Positions 25,901-37,900 of a stretch of DNA of 64,000 bases are shown here, piece by piece. The position numbers were made by a program, and so were the translations under genes. Position 1 is the first letter of the stretch. Every line of letters begins with the position of its first letter. The notes under the pieces were generated by a model. It ran no database searches and had not been told where the DNA came from. It saw only the letters and a program-made list of their open reading frames with translations. Origin of the DNA: Carcharhinus amblyrhynchos (Eukaryota); NCBI GenBank assembly GCA_965287045.1, contig OZ336875.1, positions 49,910,001 to 49,974,000 on the forward strand, read 5' to 3'.

Positions 25901-28900
25901 GCTCAAAACAAGGCAATAACCTGCTCACTGACACTAAGTTTGGATTCCACCAAGGTCCCGCAGCTCCTGACCTTATTAAAACCCTGGTCCAAACATAAAG
26001 AAAAGAAATGAATGCAAGAGGTGAGGTGAGAGTGACTGCCCCTGACATAAGGCATTTGACCGAGTATGGCATTAAGGAGAACTCACAAAAAATGGAGACA
26101 ATGGGAATTAGGGGAATATTCTTCACTAGTTGGAGTCATATCTAGCACAAAGGAAGATAGTTTTGATTTTGAAGGTCAATCTTGGGTCAGCTGGTGTGCA
26201 GAAGTTTCTCACGGTAGGATCCTAAGACGAATGATCTTCAATTGCTTCACCAGTGACCTTCCTTCCATGCTATGTGCAGAAGTGAGAATTGTAAAAACTT
26301 CAATGAGGCCATTGAGGGTGGCCTCTTATTGCTTGCCCAATTTGTTGTAGATATAACTGGGAGTGTCAGGTCTCCAGGCACTCCGATTGCTGACTCAAAG
26401 CTTGTAACACTCTGTGAACTTAAATAGAGCTTGCATAATGAAAGAGAATCAGGTGAAAGGATACCAACCTCCGCTGACTTATTTCAAGGATGTTCACAAA
26501 TGATTACACCATGTTCAGCACATTGGTGACTGCTTAGATATTGAAGCAGTCCATGTCTATTCTATCTGATTTCAGACTTGTACTATGACACGTCGAGAGA
26601 AATGGAGGGACCTATTTTACCATTTTGATTAAGTGTTGGGCGGACTTGAAACTGGGAGTGTTTCAGATCTGAGTTTTAGACCCGTTCTGATGCACCCCTG
26701 TATGCACTCTGTCTGAAAAAATATCAGTGATTCCGAATCACACTGCACAAGCCTGTGGGCGGGGCTTAACAGACCCAAAATCCTGCAGCTCTGATCAGAG
26801 TCTTCAACCACGCACCCACAGAAAAAAAACGATAGAATGTGGCTCCCGGTGCCAGATTACTCCTAGGTCAGATAATGCCTCCCCCTGACCCCCACAGACA
26901 TTGCCCCATCCCCACAACATTACTTGACCCCCTTATCCTTCCAGCCCCCTTCCCCGCTTCCCCCTCACTGATCACAGGCAGAGTGGCAGCAGATCCCCCG
27001 GCTCCCTCACTGATCTCAGGCAGCGCGGCAGTGGACCTCTCTCCTCCCTCGCCACCAATCTCAAGCAGAGAGCCGTCGGACACTTGGCACTTACCTCCTC
27101 ACTAACTGGAAGCATTCGACTTTTGTGAAGTATGTCTGTTTCGTGCTAAAACTGGATGGGCGAATGCGGTGATAAAGGGGGATGTGCCGCTGAGGTTGGG
27201 TGTGCAGCCCATTAACTCAATTTAAATGCATGCAAATGCACTTAAATAGCCGTCATGCCTGTTTTGGGCAGGATCCTGATTGCGACGATTTTCGGGCCTT
27301 GGTAAAGAACATGACATAAGAACATAAGAAATAGGAGCAGGAGTAGGCCATCTAGCCCTTCGAGCCTGCCCCGCCATTTAATAAGATCATGGCTGATCTG
27401 TCGCTGCTCAGTTCCACATTCCCGCCCTCTCCCCATAACCCTTAATCCCCTCTCCTATCAAAAACCCATCAACCCGCGTCTTAAAAATATTTAGCGAGGC
27501 AGCCTCCACCACTTCAACGGGCAGAGAATTCCAGAGATTCACCACCCTTTGAGTGAAGAAGTTCCTCCTCAACTCCGTTCTAAACCGCCCCCCCTTTATC
27601 TTGAGGCTGTGCCCTCTAGTCCTACTGTCCTTTCTGAGCGGGAAGAGTCTCTCCACCTCTATCCTATCCATCCCATTCATCATCTTATATGTCTCAATGA
27701 GATCTCCCCTCATTCTTCTAAACTCTAACGAGTACAAGCCTAGTTTATTCAGCCTCTCCTCATAGCTCAACCCCCTCAACTCCGGTATCAGCCTAGTAAA
27801 TCTCCTCTGCACTCCCTCCAAGGCCAAAATATCTTTGCGCAGGTGCGGCGCCCAAAACTGCACACAGTACTCCAGCTGCAGCCTCACCAGTGCCCCATAC
27901 AGCTGCAGCAAGACCTCCCTACTTTTATATTCAATCCCCCTCGCTATGAAGGCCAGCATCCCATTCGCCTTCCTGACCACCTGCTGCACCTGCAAGCTGG
28001 GTTTTTGCGACTCATGCACAAGGACCCCGAGGTCCCTCTGCACCGTCGCCTGCTGCAGTTTTTCGCCCCGTAAGTAATAGTCCTTCCTACCATTCTTCCT
28101 ACCAAAGTGGACCATCTCGCACTTGCCATTTGCCATTTCCTGGCCCATTCGCCCAGCCTATCTAGATCCTTCTGCAGACTCTCCACACCCTCCGCACAAT
28201 TTGCCGTTCCACCAATCTTGGTGTCATCAGCAAATTTCGACACCCTACACTCGGTTCCCTCCTCCAGATCATCTATATAAATGGTAAAAAGCTGAGGCCC
28301 CAGCACCGACCCCTGGGGCACTCCACTAGTCACCATCCGCCAATCCGAATAGCACCCATTGACCCCCACTCTCTGCCTCCTATTTGACAACCAAGGGGGG
28401 AACTGGCGCGGCAGAAGGTGCAAATTGCACTACTCTTCTCACGCCCGACTTTACCAAGTTGTCGTGCCTGAAAATGGGTGCAATGCAATGGTAAAATCAG
28501 GTCCTGAGTGTTCCAATCAATAAAACTAACTCCAAAAACAATTACCAAAAAATAAAATTTAAATGTCATGGCTACTAACCTACCCTGAACCTTTGATAAT
28601 ATTCGTAATTATATAAATTGTACTGTTAGAAATACTCCACTGGTGATCACTCCCTCTGTCCTGTTGTTCTCAGGGTCCATTATTTCAGGCAGCACATGGG
28701 AGCATCGACCCTCAGCCTTATTACCGGGCATGTGTGGCTGAGCTGTGCAGCTGCGTGGAGAAGGTATCGTGTTTGTGCAGCTTACTGTCAGCCTATTCCT
28801 TCCGTGCCCTGAGGAATGGAGTCATCTTAAACTGGAGAAATGAAACACTATGTGGTGAGTGCCAGGGCATCATCCTAAGTTGGCCTGCAGCTGGTCAGAT

Positions 28901-31900
28901 GGAGCTGGTACCTGAGAATGGTCAGTTTTTCTGCGCCATCAACATTTATATCATGCTTTTTAACTTAGAAGCACTTTGAAGGATTATCAAACAAAATATG
29001 ACACTGAGCCTCACATAGAGACATTGGGACAGATGACCAACGGCTTGATCAAAGAGTTAGAATTTAAGAAGTATCCTAATGGAGGAAATGGAAAGTAGGG
29101 AGGCCAAGTTTTGGGTAGAAAATTCCAGAACTGCGGCACAGCCACTGGTAGTCGGCTTGAATTACAGACCAGCTGAGAACTGAACTCTGCCTTATATCAG
29201 AGATTGGAAATGGTGAATCAGTTTTCCAGCAGTAATGTTTTACCCTATTCACCTAACTCTTCTTCAGTTGCTCCTCCTGTCCAATAACAGGGGTGATCTG
29301 CAGCAGCTAATAGGTGGTGCTGATCCGAGGCTGAGGGAACAGGTCTGGAGAAGCTGCAGCAAGTGTGTAGCTGCTGATTTTCTTTCTGAGCTGCACTCAT
29401 CTTTCAGCAGCATGTAGAATTATAGTATCCCTATAGTGCGAAAGGAAGCCATTCAGCCCATCGTGTCTGCACTGACTTTCTGATAGAGCATCTTATTCAG
29501 CCCTACCCCATCCCCGTAATTCCATATATTTATCTTGCTAATCCCCCAAACCTTCACATCTTTGGACACTAAGGGGCAATTTAGCATGGCCAATCCACCT
29601 AACCTGCACATTTTTGGGCTAAGAGGGGAAACTGAAGGAAACCTACGCAGACACGGGGAAGATGTGCAAACTCCACACAGACAGTCACCCAAAGTTGGAA
29701 TTGAACCCAGGTCCCTGGCGCTGTGAGGCAGCAATGCTAAGCACTGTGCCACCATGCCACCCAATGTAGGATCACAATTTTAAATGTTTTGGGAGTTACA
29801 GGTAGCATCCCGCAAACACCCTGCATCAGCATAACGCCTTCGGTGTGAGTTATAATCACCAGTCAACAATAGATAGTCAAGGTGAGGGGTTGAACAGCAT
29901 TTCTGTAAAGCCCTGCCATTTTCTGCTCTTCATTGTCCTTCTCCACAATTACTCATGCACACATTTTTTCTCCTCTTTGTTTCCCACCTTTTAACACAAT
30001 GGATAGATGGAGTTATGATACAATCAGCTATAATCCAACTGAATGGTGGCATAGGGGCTGGAAAGCCCTATTCCTGTCCCATGTCTTCTGAAGCTGTTGA
30101 AACTTGCTGAGATATTTCTACTCCATTAACCAAGTGCCCATTCTTTGTTGCAGATGATGACATTGACAAAGGTCATTCTCCAGGAGGTGGCATTATTGCA
30201 ACTAAGCTCATTCCTTATCTCATCCCATTCCAGTACATGTTTTTTAAGTGAGGCTACTGTTAAGGCTCAAGATCAGGAACTCTGTTTTCTTTTTGTTTAC
30301 TTCCCACTTCCTGACACACACAGGCAAATTGCAACACACCAGTTGGATGTCTTCAGTTAATTAAGTACAGGACTATGATCTTTAGGTCTGTACAGCTCAT
30401 GATCACCATGGCAATGCATTTACCCTCTGAGCCAGTGGAACACCAATTTCAAGAATAATGTTCTGTGATTGTGTGATATTAGAATCTGTCTAAGTCTGTA
30501 TCTAAGAGAGTTTTTCCCCAGGGAACTCTTGCTCAATAAATAATGCTTTCAATTCTGTGTTCTGTTTCTCAGATGTAAGTTGCAATGGTGGCTCGAGTTA
30601 TAGCGAATGCAGCTGCTCTGAGACCTGTTCTACCTCCCAACAGCCAGACACCCAGTGCTTCACTACTGTCTGCGTGCCTGGTTGCCAGTGTCCTGCAGGT
30701 AACAATGGGAAATATACACAATATAAGATCAGTTCCCATGTTCGAATATACATCTACCTATCATAGAATTAAAATCACATCAGAATAACAGAAATATCCT
30801 TAACCTCATCAGATCTCTTTCAATCCCTACCCAACTCTGACTCTGTCCCTCTTCTCTAACTAAACCACAGTTCAATTTTCAACCAATCACCATTATTGCA
30901 TTACGTGGCAGTGCATAGCACCAATCCAGATTTACTGCAGTTGATACCAACAGCCTCAATTCACTGTTAAGAGTCTGAGCCAACTGTCCCCATTCGCTGT
31001 GTTCTGTGGCAGTCTATGACTGATGGATCAAGGGCTGTACCAATGAAATATTCTGTACCCACTGCCACTGCATTGACAGGTGCTCTATACTAATTGAGGG
31101 CTTTTTGGCAGTGCTGGTGGCAAATTAATAGTGACTAAGTATAGGCGGCACATTAGTTAGTATTGCTGCTTCATAGCGCCGGAGACATGGGTTATATTCC
31201 CAGCCTGGGGTGACTGTCTGTGTGAAGTTTGCACATTCTCCCCATGGCTGCATGGGTTTCCTCTGAGTTTTCCGGTTTCTTCTCACAGTCCAAAATCTGC
31301 AGGTTTGGAGGACTGGCCATGCTAGATTGCCCCTTAGTGTCCCAAGATGTGTAGGTTGGATAGATTGGCGTGCTAAATTGATGAGGCTGTAGAATTCCAC
31401 CTTCATACTTCCTTTGGTTAGCAACGATTGATTCCTTGAGGGAAACTTGAGATCCTGGTAAAATATCAAATTTTGCACCCCAACATCTATGGAAAAGTTT
31501 CTCACAGTCAACAGAAGGAAACTTAATAATTCACATTTTGCATTCACTGTGTGAGACTATTTTTAGTTTGCTTTCACTTGTCCTGAATAAGATCTGAATA
31601 TTATCATTTAAGAAACTAATCATAGTACAAAATTGGTTTGAAAACCATATGGGTTAATAAGTTTAATTCTTGGCTTACTAGCCATCAAAAAATGAACGGC
31701 AGCATTGAGTTGCTCCTCCAGTATTATTTTTAAAATGCTTTGCACCTGGTTACCAAAATAATAGGGCAGTAGCTCCAGTAACTCGGGTTAAAAATCACGC
31801 ACGTAGCTCCGTTCCTGCCCACAGTCTCAAAGCTACAACTGGATTCAGTTTAAGATATCAGAATAACTCTCTGTTCAGTTTTGAGATCAACAGAACATGC

Positions 31901-34900
31901 AGGAAGTTGTTCTGCGTTCCCCCACCTCAAGTACAAGTCAAAAGAAACACTCCAAAGCAAAATCTATTGAAACAGGCCTCGACCTGCTTGCATTTCTGGT
32001 GTTAGGCACTTAGTACCAGTGCTTGGGTTAGAGGGAAGAAATTTGAATGTTTAAAGGTATATTTCTTGCTTTCTGTGCAAATCACTGCACATTTTCCCAA
32101 CTGCTTTGTGTGACAGAAAACAACAAATACTTGCATTCATGTAGCATCTTTAACCTAGTTAAACATCCCTAGGTGCATCAGGGACTCAAAGGAGGAGGGG
32201 GAAGAGTAAAATGAAGAAATAAGAATCCAGGTCTTGTATACTTTCAAATGGAATACCAGTAAAATGGCAAAATAAGAATACTCATCTGAATTGTTTTTAT
32301 TTCTGGGGACACGCAGGGGAAAAAATGGATGCTAAGCAGCCGGAGATTAGGAGAGGTAGCCAAAAGCTCAGTCAAAGAGGTAAATTTTAAGGAAGGTCTA
32401 AAAGGAGGGAAGAGATTTAAGAAGGGATTACACAAACTGCGACTGAAAGCATGGCCACCAATGTTGGGGTAAAGGGAGAGAGGTGTTTCACAAAAGGCTG
32501 GAGTCCCGTGGACAAGAATTGAGGCAAGGCTTGTCATGTTGAAGGAGGTTACAGAAACAGGGAATGTGACCACAATAATGTTTCCAGCTTCAGTTAATCT
32601 AAAGTTGGATCTCCTGTCAATATAATGGAGGGAATTTTATGCTCCCCTCAGGTGAGTTCTGTGGTGGGGGATGAGTGTAAAATTGCATAGTTGGGATTTC
32701 CTGTGGGATCCCACCCATCCCGACCCAGGGCTAATTTCATGATGGGATGGGCAGGGCCTTGGTGGGGGGAGGTGGTGGAACTTGCCCTTGATTCTAGTAA
32801 AGACCTTTACTTGGCCACTTTATGTAAGGGCCTTTTCCAATCCAGCCTCAATTTTCAGGCTGGCAGGCATAGGTCGGAGGAAGGTGGGAAACTGAAAAAG
32901 AAACAATTCTCCAAGTGGGCGGGAAGTGGTGGGAGAGTCGCCTCAATCAGCAGACCCCTTTCCTCCAGAACCTGGGTGTGCTCTGGTCTACCTCCTAATG
33001 GCATGACTGAACATAAGAACATAAGAAATAGGAGCAGGAGTAGGCCATCTAGTCCTTCGAGCCTGCCCCGCCATTCAATAAGATCATGGCTGATCTGTCG
33101 TGGCTCAGTTCCACATTCCCGCCCTCTCCCCATAACCCTTAATCCCCTCGCTTATCAAAAACCCATCAACCCACGTCTTAAAAATATTTAGCGAGGCAGC
33201 CTCCACCACTTCAACGGGCAGAGAATTCCAGAGATTCACCACCCTTTGAGTGAAGAAGTTCCTCTTCAACTCCGTTCTAAACCGCGCCCCCCTTTATCTT
33301 GAGGCTGTGCCCCCTAGTCCTACTGTCCTTTCTGAGCGAGAAGAGTCTCTCCACCTCTATCCTATCCATCCCATTCATCATCTTATACGTCTCAATGAGA
33401 TCTCCCCTCATTCTTCTAAACTCTAACGAGTACAAGCCTAGTTTATTCAGCCTCTCCTCACAGCTCAACCCCCTCAACTCCGGTATCAGCCTAGTAAACC
33501 TCCTCTGCACTCCCTCCAAGGCCAAAATATCCTTGCGTAAGTACGGCGACCAAAACTGTGCACAGTACTCCAGCTGCGGCCTCACCAATGCCCTATACAA
33601 TGCCCTATGACTGCCCCTTCCCCAACCCCTACCCCCCAGGGAATCCTTACGCTCCTGCCTCTGGTGGGAACTTGTTATGCACCAACCCTCAGGACGGCAC
33701 GCAAAGATTCTGCCCAAAGTGTAATCTGTTTTAAGAACATAAGAAATAGGAACAGGAGTAGGCCATCTGGCCCTTCAAGCCTGCCCCGCCATTCAATAAG
33801 ATCATGGCTGATCTGTCGTGGCTCAGTTCCACATTCCCGCCCTCTCCCCATAACCCTTAATCCCCTCTCTTATCAAAAACCCATCAACCCGCGCCTTAAA
33901 AATATTTAGCGAGGTAGCCTCCACCACTTCAACGGGCAGAGAATTCCAGAGATTCACCACCCTTTGAGTGAAGAAGTTCTTCCTCAACTCCATTCTAAAC
34001 CGCCCCCCCTTTATCTTGAGGCTGTGCAACTTTTTTGTTTCGGTCTTCACGGAGGAGGACATGAATAATTTGCCGGGTGTTAGAGATGGAAAGGTGGTAG
34101 GACTGGAGGGTCTCGATGACATTACTGTTACTAGAGAGGCGGTGCTCGACAGACTGGAGGGGCTGATTGTGGACAAGTCCCCAGGACTGGATGGAATACA
34201 TCCGAGGGTTCTGAAGGAAATGGCGGAGGCGATAGTGGATGCCTTGGTGGTTATTTTCCAGACGTCGCTGGATTCTGGGGAAGTGCCGGAAGATTGGAAA
34301 GCGGCTAATGTTACGCCGTTGTTTAAGAAGGGTGCCAGGCAAAAGGCAGGGAATTATAGGCCGGTTAGTTTAACGTCTGTTGTAGGTAAAATGTTAGAAT
34401 CCGTCATCAAGGAGGAAATAGCGAGGCATCTTGAGGGGAATTGCTTGATAGAGCAGACGCAGCACGGTTTCGTTAAGGGGAAGTCGTGTCTGACAAATTT
34501 ACTGGAGTTCTATGAGGATGTGTCTAGGGCGGTGGATAGAGGAGAGCCGGTGGATGTGGTCTTTCTTGATTTTCAGAAGGCGTTTGACAAGGTGCCTCAC
34601 AAGAGGTTATTGCAGAAGGTCAGGGGACATGGAGTTGGGGGTAGGGTGTTAGCGTGGATAGAGGACTGGTTGTCAAATAGGAGGCAGAGAGTGGGGGTTA
34701 ATGGGTGCTATTCGGATTGGCGGTTGGTGACTAGTGGAGTGCCTCAGGGGTCGGTGCTGGGGCCTCAGCTATTTACCATTTATATAGATGACCTGGAGGA
34801 GAGAACCGAGTGTATGGTGTCGAAATTTGCTGATGACACCAAGATTGGTGGAACGGCAAATTGCGCGGAGGGTGTGGAGAGTCTGCAGAAGGATCTAGAT

Positions 34901-37900
34901 AGGCTGGGCGAATGGGCCAGGAACTGGCAAATGGAATTTAATGTTGGCAAGTGCGAGGTGGTCCACTTTGGTAGGAATAATGGTAGGAAGGACTATTACT
35001 TACGTGGCGAAAAACTGCAGCAGGCGACGGTGCAGAGGGACCTCAGGGTCCTTGTGCATGAGTCGCAAAAACCCAGCTTGCAGGTGCAGCAGGTGGTCAG
35101 GAAGGCGAATGGGATGCTGGCCTTCATAGCGAGGGGGATTGAATATAAAAGTAGGGAGGTCTTGCTGCGGCTGTATAGGGCATTGGTGAGGCCGCAGCTA
35201 GAGTACTGTGCGCAGTTTTGGGCGCCATACTTACACAAGGATATTTTGGCCTTGGAGGGAGTGCAGAGGAGGTTTACTAGGCTGATACCGGAGTTGAGGG
35301 GGTTGAGCTATGAGGAGAGGCTGAATAAACTGGGCTTGTACTCGTTAGAGTTTAGAAGAATGAGGGGAGATCTCATTGAGGCGTATAAGATGATGAATGA
35401 GATGGACAGGATAGAGGTGCTGTGAGGTGTTTTGGAACATCTTGTGGATGTGAAAGGTGATACATCCTTGTCAATGGTCATTTTTTTGATAATCAAAATG
35501 GTTTATATTAAGTCTGTAGTATCGCGGAAAGGCTTGTGATTCTTTTGCTCTTGAAATTATTAGGCAAACTTAAATTCTCTTCTACTTCAATCTGATTCCA
35601 TTGGTTTCTGCAAAGTTGTGACATTTAGGTTAGATCTTCAGCGAATTATTCATGACCAAGTGTTGTTCCTAGTTCCTCAGACATGTTTCCTAAGTTTTGT
35701 TGAATGAAGTGATGCCAATACTGCTCCTTGTCTCATTGACTCAACTGAAACATCTTTCTTTTGTTGGCTGCACAAGTTTCTTTCAGTTTCCATTTGGTTC
35801 ACTACTACTAGCCATGAAACTGTCTCCTACATTAGAACATCAAAGGAATGTTGTTTATCTCTATCAAAGTATGCGTCACCTTTTATTTCTATAAAAATGC
35901 TTCGAGGTCTTCAGTGTGTTCATTATCATGTGATCTTGCAGCTCATAATTTTACCAGAAGTTGGCAACTGCTGGACAGTAAGGCGATCCTTAAGGTCTTT
36001 CCAGAAACTGTTCTGAAACGTGGATGTTGAAATGTTTTATAATCAACATAAACGGAGTACATAGCAGGCTCGTTAGCCTATTTTATTACCTCCGTATTTT
36101 GGACTTTTTCATTCATTTTAAAATGGATCCCTTGAAACTCATGCCAGTCAAAATCCTGCCAATCCAAAAAGCAAATACACATTCAACTCTTTATTTTCTG
36201 TCTCATAGACACTTCTCTATCTTCGCAGCTATATTCCTTACAGTAACACATACTTTAATTTTTATATCAAACCTCTTTGACAAATGCTTTTTGAAATGTA
36301 TCATATGGATCTTCTAGTGGTGGTGATGTGTTACAGTTCACTCAGGAAATCGGAGTTCCTGTAGTAACATACACCTTCACATGCATGTTGTAGTCTGGAG
36401 TTAGGAATAATGATGGTAGAGGCTCCACCTTTCTTCCCATCCCTTGGCTGACCAGGAATATCTCCCATTGTTATTGCCTGCCGTTGATTTGTGTTGGAAG
36501 GATTTCAACACAGAGGTTGGATAGGCTTGGGTTGTTTTTGTTGGAGCAGAGAAGACTGAGGGGTGACCGGATCGAGCTGCGCAAGATTATGAGGAGCATT
36601 GACAGAATGGATAAGGAGCAGCTGTTTCCCTTGGTTGAAGGGTCAGTCATGAGGGGACATAGATTGAAGATGAGGGGCAGGAAGTTTGGGGGGATGTGAG
36701 GAGAAGCCTTTTTACCCAGTGGGTGGTAATGGTTTGGAATGAGCTGCCTGGGAAGGTGGTAGAGGCGGATTGCCTCACTGGCATGCCATAACATTCAAGA
36801 CAATGAGCCAAGTGCTGATAAACGGGATTAGGTGGGAAGTTAGGTGTTTCTCACGTGTTGCTGCAGACTCAATGGGCCTCTTCTGCATGTTCGATTCTAT
36901 GATTTGTAAGTTGTTACTCAATCTGGTTGGCTGCCTTATGACCACACCTTCCTTGGCGATAAAGTCCTGGGCTAGGAGTTGAACCCAGAGTTTCTGACTC
37001 AGACCCATTGTGCAATATGTCCTGCTCGTGAAATCATCTAGCATCATGCCTAAAATTTTTGAGCTTTGGCAAATTATAACTAACACATCTCCGGTATTCT
37101 CATCTATCCCTTTCGATGTTCTCAGCTGGACGGAAGGTAGAGTGTTTATCTTGCTTTGGTCCACTGTTTTATTCATTACCACTGTCATTTTTGGACTGAA
37201 ATAAATTTCCGATGTTTAACTTTTTCTGTATCTCTGGCATTGTCCAATTTTTCTGACTAAATTCTGTGGTTCCGCTTCCTTATCCTCTAACACTGTCACG
37301 TCTCAATGAGTTTTTAATGGGCGTGTCTGCTGGTCCTTTCAAAGTTAGCTATTGTTTGTGATGCTCTGTCCTCCCCTTTTAGGCTTGACGTTGCAGTTAC
37401 TCACATTATTATTCCCAAAGTAATTATTCCCAAGATAGTCCTTGCTTATCATGTCGCCATTTTCCGGTTTATTACTCGTAACTGTTTTAAAGAAAGATGT
37501 ATATGGAAACCCTGGCATTAGTGGCATTGGGTACAAAAAAATGAAATCAGGCTAAACCTATATGAATGGATGGACAGTCTCAGTTTTATTATTGCGTCCA
37601 ATTGTGTGGGGCAACAAATTAGGAAGGATAACGGTACAGAGGTGATTTTCCAGATTTTGGCGGTATGGGAATTTTAGATTTGTAGAAAACAGCTGGGATT
37701 GTTTGAGAAGGTTAGGAGGTGATTTAGTTAAAAGTTATGAGGGATGCATCCTTTCCTTGCTCAATATCCCCCATGCTCTCACTTCTCAGCAGGGACTAAT
37801 GGGTGCTGGGATCTTGACTTTACACTTGCTAACTCAGAATGCTTTATAGTGTTCCTCTTCCTATTTTCTAGGTCTCTTCATGCATCAGTCAAATTGTTTG

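Noticed and set aside
33968-35425. 485-aa RT ORF as a domesticated host gene
   Set aside because: Near-identical to neighbouring CR1 copies, truncated at both ends, and its start is borrowed from the antisense fragment.
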